The notes beneath the pieces were generated by a model that saw only the letters and a program-made list of their open reading frames with translations, did no database searches and had not been told where the DNA came from. Positions 51,273 to 60,515 of a stretch of DNA of 64,000 bases are shown here, in pieces. Position numbers and translations under genes: made by a program. Source of the DNA: an uncultured delta proteobacterium. Lineage in GTDB: Bacteria > Myxococcota > Myxococcia > Myxococcales > 40CM-4-68-19. Position 1 is the stretch's first letter, and every line of letters begins with the position of its first letter. Location: the NCBI GenBank assembly GCA_903911145.1, contig CAIWCD010000013.1:186001-250000 (forward strand), written 5' to 3'.

Positions 51273-51983
51273 CTACTCGGCGCTGATCACCGACCAACCG
51301 CGAACGGCCGCCTCGGTGGCCAGGGCGTTTCCAGTCGAGGGCGCAACGGCGACCGCCACCCGCGCCGCATTGAGCATCGCCAGGTCGCCCGTGTTCGAGT
51401 CACCACACGAAAGCGCGAGAGGCAGCCACCGCGCCTTCGTGAGCGCCTCGACTTTGCCCTGCGCGTACGTCACTGGCCCCGCAAGCTCAGCCGTCAAAAG
51501 ACCGCCCGGCCCCTCGAGAACAGTCATGCCGAGGCAGCGCTCGACCGGAACTCCCGCGAGAGGAACCGCAGCGCGGACGATCTCGATCGGGCTCGCCGAG
51601 ACGATGCAGGGAACAAGACCGCTCTCTCGGCACAGAGCCAGAAGAGCCTGCGTCGCGGCGATCAGGCGGGGCGCGACCCATTCGCGCGAGAGCTTCTCGG
51701 CTTCGTGGGAAAGGGCCGAGCGGGACAGCCCGGCCTGGAGCTGCGCGGCGTACGCAAATCCCGCAGCGCGATCCACGGCGACGCGCGCCTCGTAGGCCTC
51801 GAAGGGATCGCAGCCGTCGGGAAGACGAATCCACCCGAGCGCACAGAGGTGCTTGAGAAACGCCTCGCCGACATCATCGCGCCAGAGCGTTCCGTCGGCG
51901 TCGAACGCAGCCGCCGCGCCGGGGAGAGCCCGCCCGGCCTCACGAACTGCGGTGATGAGTTGAGGCGGGAGCAGCGTACGCAA
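51273..51983 (-). CDS. HAD-superfamily hydrolase (phosphoserine phosphatase-like)
   Basis: FDADGTLW, VSAS, GK and GDSNTGDLAML motifs; TTG start. Confidence 0.88.
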   Translation of the reverse strand: MRTLLPPQLITAVREAGRALPGAAAAFDADGTLWRDDVGEAFLKHLCALGWIRLPDGCDPFEAYEARVAVDRAAGFAYAAQLQAGLSRSALSHEAEKLSREWVAPRLIAATQALLALCRESGLVPCIVSASPIEIVRAAVPLAGVPVERCLGMTVLEGPGGLLTAELAGPVTYAQGKVEALTKARWLPLALSCGDSNTGDLAMLNAARVAVAVAPSTGNALATEAAVRGWSVISAE

Positions 51984-52004
51984 AGGCCTGCTCCCGAGTT
52001 GCGA

Positions 52005-52607
52005 TTACTTGCCGAAGCAAGCGTCCATCGCGGGACCAAACCGGAGGCGCATCTCTTCGTTCGCGGTCTTGACCTGCGTGCGAATCGAAGAGCAGGTCGC
52101 AGGCGCGTGCTTGACCATCACCAGCGCCGCCACCGAACGAACCCGGCTGTCCTTGGCGTTCTTCATCATCGGCGACAGCTGCGCGATCATCTCATTCTCG
52201 GGCAGCAGATAGCCGATGCCGCGAATCGCCGCGTAGCGCACCACGAACGGCTCCTGCTCATTGTTCGCGATCGTCTTGAACAGCTCGACACGGCTCGTCC
52301 CGATCGCGCTGAGACCATCAATCGCCTTCGCACGACGCGTCGGCAGGCTCCCGCCGTTGAGGACCTCGAGCAGAGGAGTCTCGGCGCGAATCCCGAGGGC
52401 CTTCCACTGCGCCAGGCTGATCGACGTGTCGATGCTGCCGAGGAACGCACTCACCTGCCCGCGGATATCGTCGTCCGTCAGGCTCGGGTCCGGCTGCGCG
52501 TCAGCGCTTGGCGCGGGCACGAACGGACGCTTGTGGAGCTGCGGAGCGGCCATGACCGCCGACGAGAGGAGCGCGAGAAGAGAGGCCAAAGCCAAGCGGG
52601 ACATCAT
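52005..52607 (-). CDS. Secreted HEAT-like repeat protein A
   Basis: Sec signal (SSAVMA), 'RRAKAIDGLS', 'VRYAAIRGIG', 'VRSVAA'; paralog of 54883-55455. Confidence 0.8.
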   Translation of the reverse strand: MMSRLALASLLALLSSAVMAAPQLHKRPFVPAPSADAQPDPSLTDDDIRGQVSAFLGSIDTSISLAQWKALGIRAETPLLEVLNGGSLPTRRAKAIDGLSAIGTSRVELFKTIANNEQEPFVVRYAAIRGIGYLLPENEMIAQLSPMMKNAKDSRVRSVAALVMVKHAPATCSSIRTQVKTANEEMRLRFGPAMDACFGK

Positions 52608-52643
52608 ATTGATTCTCCCTGAGTGCAGATTGCGGCGCGACAT

Positions 52644-54800
52644 TTAGTGAACGACCGGGTTGGAGCGAGCAATCTGGCCCTGCTGCTGCGAAACGGTGGC
52701 CTTCGATGCAGCCGGATCGAGCAGCCAGAACATGAGGTAGTCACCGCCACCGCACGCCCCGCTCGTCTTGGTGCACGCCCCTCCCTGCAGCTGCGTCGGG
52801 GAGCCCGAGGGGCAGACACCGACGAACCCGGTCTGCGAGGTCGGATCGTAGCAGCACTTGGCTGCCGTCGCGCCAACGCAGCTGCTCGTGCAGCTGCACT
52901 CCGGCGTGTCGGTGATGGGGTCCCAGTTGCTCCCGACCGCTTCAGTCGTGTGGTAGAGGCCCATCCAGTGGCCACCTTCGTGCGCCGCGATGTAAGCAAC
53001 TTCGTCGGCACCGCAGTTCCAGTTGGGCGCGCCCGTGCAGAGATTCGTGGCCCCGCCCGCAAGATTCGTGGCCGAGATGTCGGCCGCGTTCATCACCGCA
53101 CCCGTGTGCACCGAACCGCTGAACCCCGACGGAGCTGGGATGGCGCCGTCGATGCCCACGACCATTGATCCACCCGTCGGCTCCGCGCCGTTGGCAAGGA
53201 TCGAGTCGACGAAGAAGAAGTTGAGCGTGTTCCCCGCCTGCGCGAGCGTGAACATCTGGTCGAGGCCGTCGCACGCACCGGTGTGAGCCGCATCCACTGC
53301 TCCGGCACCGTTGTTCAACTGGCCCTGCGCGTTGATCGCGCCGCCGTATGCGGCCTTCGCCCAGGCAGGCAGATCGTAGAAGGTCACCGTACCGACGCAG
53401 ATCCCAAGATTCGCGTAGATACCCGCCAGCGTCTTCACGAACCGCTGAACGCTCGTGTTGGCCGGGGCACCCGAGGCAGTGAGATCCGTCGTCGCGAGGT
53501 AGATGGCAATGTCAAGCTTGCCGGTCGCAGAGATGGCCGGCTTCGTCACCACCGAAATGTCGTAGGTGCCAGCGTCGCTTCCACCAGAGCAGCCGATGCC
53601 ATTGGCCGGGTCGGTGTACAGGCCTTCCGCGCACGCATAGGCGTCGTCCGCGAGGGAGAACGACCAGTTGCCAGCCGCGTACCCAGCGGTCGAGTCCTGA
53701 ACTCCCTGCGACGTGTTCGGGATGATGAACGCGCTCGTGACTGCTTCGGGAAGTAGCCCGAGCGTCCCGTACTGCGCGTGATACGTCGTCGTGTCGAGGT
53801 TCGAGCCGCCGTCCGGGAGGTTCGGATAGAAGTTGTTCTCGAACCAGTCGTCTCCCGCCGGAGTCGTCACGGTCGTCGGCAGCACGCCGTTGGTCGTCGG
53901 GCGATTGAGCACGCAATCATGCGAGGTGCTGTTGCAGGTTCCCCCGGCGTTCGTGCACTGGGTCGTGGCGGCCGGCGAGGCGCAAAAACCTGCGAACGTC
54001 TCGATCAGCGTAAAGGTCGGGTTGGCGTTAATCGTTGCGGTGCTCTGCGAGACGATCGAGATCGAGCCCGTTGCCGCAGGGACGTTGAACGTCACCGTGT
54101 CGCCGACCTTCTTCGTGCCGATGTGGTTCACGGTCGTGCCGTTCGCATAGACGGACGAGGCCGGTGCGGCGATGACAGGCGTCTGGCAGGTCGAAGGCTT
54201 CGACGACGGGAAGTTGCCGGTGCCTGCGACGATCGTGGGCGCAGTGCAGACTGCGGGAGATCCGCCACCGGAGCCGCCCGCGCTGCCGCCGCCCGAGCCA
54301 CCCGCGCTGCCGCCGCCCGAGCCACCCGCGCTGCCGCCACCGGAACCACCGCCGCTGCCACCACCTGAACCACCGCCGCTGCTCGTGCAATACCCCGAAG
54401 GCGTGCAGGTGTGCCCGAATCCGGCGCAGCAGACGTAGCCGCTGCGGCAGTCGGCCGCCGTGAGGCAGTCCTCAAGGCAGGCGCTGACAGCCGCGTTCGT
54501 CTGGGTCAGGTCCGCGCACTTCGATCCCGATGGGCAGGCGGACGATCCGCAGGACGAGGAGCAGTAGCCGCTCGGAAATCCCGACGTCGCGACGAGGCAG
54601 CTGAGCGGAGAGGCGCAATCAGCCCTCGACGAGCAGGCCGAACCGAGCGTCCCACTCGCCCCGATCTCGCACGTTCCATTCACGCAGGTTTGGCTCGTGG
54701 GGCACTGCGCGTTCGAGGTGCAGGTGGGGGTGCCGCTGCCGGAACAGGCTGCGGCAAGCAGAGCAGGAAGCAGAATGATGGTCTTGGTGAATGCGCGCAT
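52644..54800 (-). CDS. Cys-rich metzincin zinc-metalloprotease lipoprotein 1 (M43/pappalysin-like)
   Basis: Lipobox LAAAC, Cys-rich repeats, Gly/Ser linker, AHEGGHWMGLYH, Met-turn candidate DYLMFW. Confidence 0.85.
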   Translation of the reverse strand: MRAFTKTIILLPALLAAACSGSGTPTCTSNAQCPTSQTCVNGTCEIGASGTLGSACSSRADCASPLSCLVATSGFPSGYCSSSCGSSACPSGSKCADLTQTNAAVSACLEDCLTAADCRSGYVCCAGFGHTCTPSGYCTSSGGGSGGGSGGGSGGGSAGGSGGGSAGGSGGGSAGGSGGGSPAVCTAPTIVAGTGNFPSSKPSTCQTPVIAAPASSVYANGTTVNHIGTKKVGDTVTFNVPAATGSISIVSQSTATINANPTFTLIETFAGFCASPAATTQCTNAGGTCNSTSHDCVLNRPTTNGVLPTTVTTPAGDDWFENNFYPNLPDGGSNLDTTTYHAQYGTLGLLPEAVTSAFIIPNTSQGVQDSTAGYAAGNWSFSLADDAYACAEGLYTDPANGIGCSGGSDAGTYDISVVTKPAISATGKLDIAIYLATTDLTASGAPANTSVQRFVKTLAGIYANLGICVGTVTFYDLPAWAKAAYGGAINAQGQLNNGAGAVDAAHTGACDGLDQMFTLAQAGNTLNFFFVDSILANGAEPTGGSMVVGIDGAIPAPSGFSGSVHTGAVMNAADISATNLAGGATNLCTGAPNWNCGADEVAYIAAHEGGHWMGLYHTTEAVGSNWDPITDTPECSCTSSCVGATAAKCCYDPTSQTGFVGVCPSGSPTQLQGGACTKTSGACGGGDYLMFWLLDPAASKATVSQQQGQIARSNPVVH
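54262..54380 (-). repeat. Coding tandem repeat (Gly/Ser linker, 12/24-bp units)
   Basis: Encodes GGGSGGGSGGGSGGGSAGGSGGGSAGGSGGGSAGGSGGG. Confidence 0.85.
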
Positions 54801-54856
54801 CGTCTCGTCTCTCGAGGCATTGCCCGGCGAACGCTCGCCGAGGAAAAAGCGGGAGG

Positions 54857-54865
54857 GCTATAGCA
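54857..54865 (-). promoter_or_regulatory. Candidate extended -10 promoter for protease 1 and HEAT A
   Basis: TG-C-TATAGC on the minus strand in a locally AT-rich gap. Confidence 0.4.
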
Positions 54866-54882
54866 GATTTTGATTCGAGCAA

Positions 54883-55455
54883 CTAACGCGCGAAGCAGGC
54901 GTCGACAGCGCGGCCGAACTCGCCCTGGACTTCGCTGGCCTCGCGCGCGACCTGCGCACGAACCAGAGGACACGCCTCGGAGGGGATGCGCTTGGCGAGC
55001 TGCTCTCCAGCGAGCGAACGCACGCTCGCGTTCTGCGACTTCTCAAGCAGCGGACGCAGCGCCGCGAGCAGCGCACCATCGGTCGTCACCCGCGCGAGAC
55101 CACGGATCGCCGCGAGCCGGACGTTGAGCGTCTCGTTCTCATCCGCGGAGATGCGCTCGCAAAGCTGCTTCGCGCTCGGTCCGCCGATGATCGACAACCC
55201 GTCAATCGCCTTGGCCCGCCGCGAGGGCAGCGTCTTTCCGTTGATGATCTCGAGGAGAACCGGCTCGGCACGCACGCCGAGTCGCTTCCAGCGCGTCTGC
55301 TCGATCGGCGTGTCGATGGTGCCCAGGTACGAGCGCACGCTCGACTGGATCTGCTCGACCGTCAGAGTGTTGTCCGGCTCTCCCGACAGCGGTGCAGGCT
55401 GCCCGGAAGTCGCGGAGTGCATTGCAAGAAGTGCACAGAGAAGAAAGGAGGTCAT
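54883..55455 (-). CDS. Secreted HEAT-like repeat protein B
   Basis: Hydrophobic N-terminus, 'RRAKAIDGLS', 'VRLAAIRGLA'; two cysteines in the C-terminal region conserved with paralog A. Confidence 0.8.
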   Translation of the reverse strand: MTSFLLCALLAMHSATSGQPAPLSGEPDNTLTVEQIQSSVRSYLGTIDTPIEQTRWKRLGVRAEPVLLEIINGKTLPSRRAKAIDGLSIIGGPSAKQLCERISADENETLNVRLAAIRGLARVTTDGALLAALRPLLEKSQNASVRSLAGEQLAKRIPSEACPLVRAQVAREASEVQGEFGRAVDACFAR

Positions 55456-55485
55456 GGCTGGCTCCGAGTTGATTCTGCCGTGCGC

Positions 55486-57474
55486 TTATTGGACGACCGG
55501 ATTGGCGCGGATGATCTGGCCCTGCTGCGGAGAGATGTTGCCCACTGCGTTGCTGTCGAGCAGCCAGAACATCAGGTAGTCGCCGCCGCCGCACTTTCCG
55601 CTGGTCGCCGAGTCATCGGTGCACTCGGTGCCCTGAACGTAACCATCGGGGCTGCTTCCCGGAGTTCCGTTGCCCTTGTCGCACGTCGTTGCGCACTGGG
55701 GCGTGTCGGAGACGGGGTCGAACACCGTGCCGTCGGCTTCGGTCGTGTGGTACAGGCCCATGAAGTGGCCGCCTTCGTGTGCCGCGATATAGGCGACCAG
55801 GTCCGCACCGCAATTGTTGAAGTCGATGGCCCCGCTGCACGCGTTTTGCGTCGCGGCGCCATCAACGTCCGTCGCGTTGACAACCGCGCCGCTGTGAATC
55901 GTCCCTGCCGCTGAAGCAGGACCCGGGATCGCACCGTCGATACCGACGATGACGCCGCCGCCGCTGTTGGTGCTGCTCACGAGGTTGTCGACGAAGAAGA
56001 GGTTGATCCCGTCCGACGCGCCAGCAGAGAGCGTGAACATCTGGTCGAGATCGTTGCAGGGACCGGTGCTGTCGATTCCCAGGTTGTGATAGGCGCTCTG
56101 CGCCCAGGCCGGCACGTCGTAGAAAGTCACCTTGTCGAGGCAGAGTCCGGCGCGAGCGTAGACCGTCGCCAGCGTCCTGAGCATGCGAGCGTAACCGGCA
56201 TCCGTGATGGCCTTGGCCGCCGTGTTGGTCGTGCTGACGATGAAGATGTTGAGATTCACCTTGCCCGTCGAGCCAGCGGTCGGCTTGGTCAAGATCGTCA
56301 CGTCGTAGGTCTGTCCCGTCTGCGCTCCAGTCTTGCACTGGCCGCCGAGCGGACCGTTGCCTGCGCACTCCGACGCGAGATCGCTGACGGTGAACGACCA
56401 GAGACCGGGGGCGTATCCTGCCGCCTCGTGCGTCAATCCCTTCGAGGTGTTCGGGAGCGTGAGCGTGGCGTTCTCGGGCTGGCCACCCTCGAGGTAGCCT
56501 TCGAGCGTCGAGAAGTCCGTCACCGACGAGGTGAACTCGTCCGACAGATTGAAATAGTTCGTGCCGCTCGAATCATTCAGCGCGGAGGGGGCGAGAATGT
56601 TGGGGATGGTCAGATCCGCGCCGCCATTCGGGTTGGCGACGGTGACGGAGTCGGACGGACTTGCGCTCGACGCCTGCTGGATGATGCTGATGGTTCCGAT
56701 GTTCGGACGAACAGTGAAATTAACGGTCGAGCCAACCGCAACGTGAGGATAGTGCTCGCGCTCGAAAGTCGGCATGTTCGGGGTCACCACCGGATGCTGG
56801 CAGCTGGCCGGCTTTGATGCGACTCCGAGAGAGCCGCCGTTCACGAGGGTCGGCTGCGTGCAACTGCCCCCCGAGCCACCGCCGCTGCCTCCACCCGACC
56901 CACCAGCGCTGCCGCCACCCGAGCCACCGGCGCTGCCGCCACCGGAGCCGCCCGCGCTGCCGCCCGCGCTGCCGCCACCAGAGCCGCCCGCACTGCCGCC
57001 GCCAGATCCACCGCCCGAACCGTTGCACACGGCCGTGGGAACGCAGGTCTGACCGAAACCCGCGCAGCAGGTGTATCCTCTGCGGCAATCGCTGGGAAAG
57101 TTGCAGCTCTCGGTGCAGGCTTTGCCGATCGAGCCGCCGAGATTGCTGCAGATCGACTGGGACGGGCAGATGTGCCCTGCGCAGCCCTCGGAGCAGTAGC
57201 CGGCCGGAAAACCGCTCGAGGCGAGGATGCAGTCGCCCGAGGCGCAGTTGCTGTTCGACGTGCAGGCCGTGCCGATTGCGCCGCTGCCGCTTCCGCCTCC
57301 GCTGCCACCGCCGGAGCCGCCGCCGTTGCCGAGCGTGCAGACGCCGTTCGAGCAGACCTGGCCGGTCGCGCACTGCGCATTCGACGAGCAGACCGGGACC
57401 CCGTTGCCACTGCTACAGGCGGCGAGGAATAGGCTTACGAGCACCGAACCCAGTTGCCACTGTCGCATCGTCAT
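55486..57474 (-). CDS. Cys-rich metzincin zinc-metalloprotease lipoprotein 2
   Basis: Lipobox FLAAC, Cys-rich repeats, Gly/Ser linkers, AHEGGHFMGLYH, DYLMFW. Start is ATG 57474 or 57468. Confidence 0.85.
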   Translation of the reverse strand: MTMRQWQLGSVLVSLFLAACSSGNGVPVCSSNAQCATGQVCSNGVCTLGNGGGSGGGSGGGSGSGAIGTACTSNSNCASGDCILASSGFPAGYCSEGCAGHICPSQSICSNLGGSIGKACTESCNFPSDCRRGYTCCAGFGQTCVPTAVCNGSGGGSGGGSAGGSGGGSAGGSAGGSGGGSAGGSGGGSAGGSGGGSGGGSGGSCTQPTLVNGGSLGVASKPASCQHPVVTPNMPTFEREHYPHVAVGSTVNFTVRPNIGTISIIQQASSASPSDSVTVANPNGGADLTIPNILAPSALNDSSGTNYFNLSDEFTSSVTDFSTLEGYLEGGQPENATLTLPNTSKGLTHEAAGYAPGLWSFTVSDLASECAGNGPLGGQCKTGAQTGQTYDVTILTKPTAGSTGKVNLNIFIVSTTNTAAKAITDAGYARMLRTLATVYARAGLCLDKVTFYDVPAWAQSAYHNLGIDSTGPCNDLDQMFTLSAGASDGINLFFVDNLVSSTNSGGGVIVGIDGAIPGPASAAGTIHSGAVVNATDVDGAATQNACSGAIDFNNCGADLVAYIAAHEGGHFMGLYHTTEADGTVFDPVSDTPQCATTCDKGNGTPGSSPDGYVQGTECTDDSATSGKCGGGDYLMFWLLDSNAVGNISPQQGQIIRANPVVQ
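56868..57020 (-). repeat. Coding tandem repeat (Gly/Ser linker)
   Basis: Encodes about 50 residues of GGGS/AGGS units. Confidence 0.85.
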
Positions 57475-57686
57475 CTTGGGACCTCGTCGCAGCGCTGCCT
57501 GAACTTCGAGTTGCCGGTCGTACCAGACGTCAAGCAAACGACGCTCGGTCAAGCGACCGAGGCCCGCCAGTGCACCGGTGGGACACCGACCGACATTTCC
57601 TCGAGTGAAAGTCGTCAATTCGCGAGTCACCGTTTCGAACATCGCGAGCGCGGGGTCACGCGCATACACGCCATCTCGAACGAGTT

Positions 57687-59813
57687 CTATTGTGCGAGGA
57701 GATTGCTGCGCATGACTGCTCCCTGCTGTGCAGAGAGTTTGCCCTGCGAGAGGCTCGGGTCGAGGAACCAGAACATCAGATCATCTCCGCCGCCGCAGGT
57801 TGTGCCGCCCGCGAGGCAGTCTCTCGCCTCGACGTAGGTGGGGTTCGAGCTTGCGCCGCACGCGGCTTTCCGCGCGCCGGTGGTGCAGTCGGTACAACTG
57901 CAGGTCGACGTGTCGGAGAGCGGGTCGTAGAAGTCTCCTGTCGCTTCGGTCGTGTGGTAGAGGCCCATCCAGTGGCCGCCCTCGTGCGCGGCGATGTAAG
58001 CCACGAGGTCTGCGCCGCAGTGCTGGAGATCGATCCCGCCTGAACAACTGCCGGCGTTCAGATCTGCCGCGCTCACCGCCGCCCCGCTATGAATCGTGCC
58101 GCCCAACGTGGACGGGCCTGGGATGGTTCCGTCAAGGCCGACCACACTTCCGCCCGCGCTCGTCGAACTGATCTGCTCGACGAGGAAATAGTTGAGTGTG
58201 TTGCCCGCGCGCGCGAGCGTGAACATCTGGCTCAGGTCGTCACAGGGGCCGAGTTTGTCCGCGCTGATGCCGGTCGCGTATCGGGCCTGCGCCCACGCCG
58301 GGACGTCGTAGAATGTGACCGTTCCGAGGCAAAGACCGGCCTGGGCGTAGAGCGCCGCGAGAGTCGTGAGCATCCGCTGGACGTGCGAACTGCTCGCGGC
58401 GTTTGCCGCCGTGAGGCCCTGAGCGCCGACGAGATAGAACGCGATGTCAAGAGTCGCACTGCTCGCCGGCGCGCCGCGCTTGACGAGGACGCTCACGTCG
58501 TAGAGTCCATCGGACGAGCCGCCGTCGCAGTTGTTGGTGTTGAGGCACTCGGCTGCGTAGTCGTTGACAAGGAACAACCAGGTGCCGGCAGGCAGGCCAC
58601 CATCAGAAAATACGAGTCCGGCGGTCGTATTTGGAAACGTCATCACGCCCGTCGCTGGAGAGTCGGTCTGGTAGTAGACGGGCACGGTCGAGAGATCAGT
58701 CGGAAGCGCTGCGCTGTCGTTGTAGATCACCGTGCCGCTCGGCGTCGTGAGCTGCGTCGGGACGACCGTGTTGTCGAGAGGGCGGCCCTGGTAGCTGATC
58801 GACGCTCGTGCGCTGATCGCCTGCGAGATGATGCTGATCGACGCCGCTTGCGCGGGGACCTGAAACTGCACCTTGTCCCCGACCGTGCGTGCGCCAAAAC
58901 GCTGCACCATCTCTGCGGGGAGAGTGCTCGCCGCGACCGGTTCGATGCAGAACGGCGGCGCGCTGGCCGGGCCTGCTGTGCCTCCCGAGACGAGCAGCGG
59001 AGTCGCGCCAGAACCGCATGCCCTCTGGCCGATCACCTGTGTTGTGCAAACAAAGGTCGTGCCCGTAGGAGCCGCGCAGCCGTAGCCCGTGCGACAGGAC
59101 GCGGCGGTCTGACAGGTCGGCAGGCAGAGCGGTCCCTGATCCGTGATGACGCACTGGCCGTTCGAGGGGCAGGTCGTCGCGTCGCTCATCGAGCAGGCGC
59201 GCGTGCAGGCACCACCGGGGAAATCAGCTCCGAAGCGGCAATGCTCGCCGCTCGCGCAGCTTCCCGGAGTGCAGGCCGCGCCGAGGCCAGCGCTCGCGCT
59301 CGAGGAGAGGCCGGCAGCGGGACAGAGTGACGACGGAAGGCACGCGCCGCCCAGCGTCGCGCACGCGGCCCAGCCTTCGCGGCAGGCGCCGCCGTCGCCG
59401 ATGGTCGGAACGCAGATCTGCGCGTTCACGGGCGTCGCGCGCAGGTCTGCGCAGATCGTGTTCGATGGACACGAACCTGTCGCGCACGACTGCGCGCAGA
59501 GTCCGCCAGAGAGACCAGTCCCATCAAGCGCGCAAAAGAGGTCGCTCTCGCACTGCGCAGAGGAGTAGCAAGACGCCCCGACGGTCTGCACGGGACCCGC
59601 GTCGACGGTCTCGCAGGTGCCGAGTCGGCAGACCTCACCGACGTTGCACTGGGTGTCGGAGTTGCAGAGTTCGGGCGCCTGGCAAATCCCTGCGCGGCAG
59701 ACTTCGCCGAGCGTGCACTGGCTATCGGCGCTGCAGAAGCGGCTGCTCTTGTGGCAGGCAGGAACTGCGACAGAGAGAATCGCAGCGAACGCGGAGAGTC
59801 GGGAGAGGGTCAC
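57687..59813 (-). CDS. Cys-rich metzincin zinc-metalloprotease lipoprotein 3
   Basis: Lipobox VPAC, expanded Cys-rich region without a Gly/Ser linker, AHEGGHWMGLYH, DDLMFW. Confidence 0.85.
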   Translation of the reverse strand: MTLSRLSAFAAILSVAVPACHKSSRFCSADSQCTLGEVCRAGICQAPELCNSDTQCNVGEVCRLGTCETVDAGPVQTVGASCYSSAQCESDLFCALDGTGLSGGLCAQSCATGSCPSNTICADLRATPVNAQICVPTIGDGGACREGWAACATLGGACLPSSLCPAAGLSSSASAGLGAACTPGSCASGEHCRFGADFPGGACTRACSMSDATTCPSNGQCVITDQGPLCLPTCQTAASCRTGYGCAAPTGTTFVCTTQVIGQRACGSGATPLLVSGGTAGPASAPPFCIEPVAASTLPAEMVQRFGARTVGDKVQFQVPAQAASISIISQAISARASISYQGRPLDNTVVPTQLTTPSGTVIYNDSAALPTDLSTVPVYYQTDSPATGVMTFPNTTAGLVFSDGGLPAGTWLFLVNDYAAECLNTNNCDGGSSDGLYDVSVLVKRGAPASSATLDIAFYLVGAQGLTAANAASSSHVQRMLTTLAALYAQAGLCLGTVTFYDVPAWAQARYATGISADKLGPCDDLSQMFTLARAGNTLNYFLVEQISSTSAGGSVVGLDGTIPGPSTLGGTIHSGAAVSAADLNAGSCSGGIDLQHCGADLVAYIAAHEGGHWMGLYHTTEATGDFYDPLSDTSTCSCTDCTTGARKAACGASSNPTYVEARDCLAGGTTCGGGDDLMFWFLDPSLSQGKLSAQQGAVMRSNLLAQ

Positions 59814-59842
59814 GTTTCGACCTTATCAGCTCTCGACCCGCG

Positions 59843-59874
59843 CCTCGTGCGTTCACGACAAAGAACGCACGAGG
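59843..59874. terminator. Perfect 12-bp hairpin upstream of the protease array
   Basis: CCTCGTGCGTTC-acgacaaa-GAACGCACGAGG; no U-tract on the minus strand. Confidence 0.5.
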
Positions 59875-59899
59875 TTGGGACACGGCGAGACAGCGGCGA

Positions 59900-60445
59900 C
59901 TAGAGGCCCGCGTCGTATGCCATCGACAGAGACAGCTTCAGATCGACCGCGAAGTCAGCGGTCATGCCACCGGTCGTCGAGCCCTTGATGAACGCGGAGC
60001 AAAGCCCCGTGCCCTTCACGGTCGACAGCGCGAACGCGTCGAGCGCGGGCGTTCCGAGGAGGTGAATGCTGCTGCCCTGCGTGATCGGGAATGCGGTGAG
60101 TGCACCGACCAGAACGTCCTGCGAGCCATCCGCCGCACCGCCGTCGGGACGAAGAACGAGCGTGCCCGTCACCGTCGCAATCGTGTTGTCGGACTGAACC
60201 GCCGAGATGGTCATGTCGACGGAGCCGATGGTGAGGTCCTGAATGTTCGCCTTGTGCGCCTGGATGTCGGACTGCTTGGTGAGGTCGATGGCGACCGCAC
60301 TGTTGATGGTGTTGGTCGTCTCAACAGCGTGCACGGCCTGTCCCGTGACCGCATAGGTGAAGTTGAGATTGACGACGCACGCAGTGAGCGCGGCGAGAGC
60401 GAAGAGGCTGGGAACAGTTGCGCGGCGGAAGGTCGAGCGGGTCAT
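59900..60445 (-). CDS. Hypothetical beta-rich lipoprotein
   Basis: SD GGAG, MTRSTFRR...LAALTAC lipobox. Confidence 0.78.
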   Translation of the reverse strand: MTRSTFRRATVPSLFALAALTACVVNLNFTYAVTGQAVHAVETTNTINSAVAIDLTKQSDIQAHKANIQDLTIGSVDMTISAVQSDNTIATVTGTLVLRPDGGAADGSQDVLVGALTAFPITQGSSIHLLGTPALDAFALSTVKGTGLCSAFIKGSTTGGMTADFAVDLKLSLSMAYDAGL

Positions 60446-60515
60446 GGACGTGTCTCCGTGTCGGATGGGCAGATCCGTCATGGCACGAACGCAGGCAGTG
60501 CACCAGTGTCCGGGA

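Noticed and set aside
57475..57686. Remnant of a third HEAT partner gene after protease 3
   Set aside because: I found no recognisable similarity to HEAT A or B by eye; a tBLASTn would settle it.
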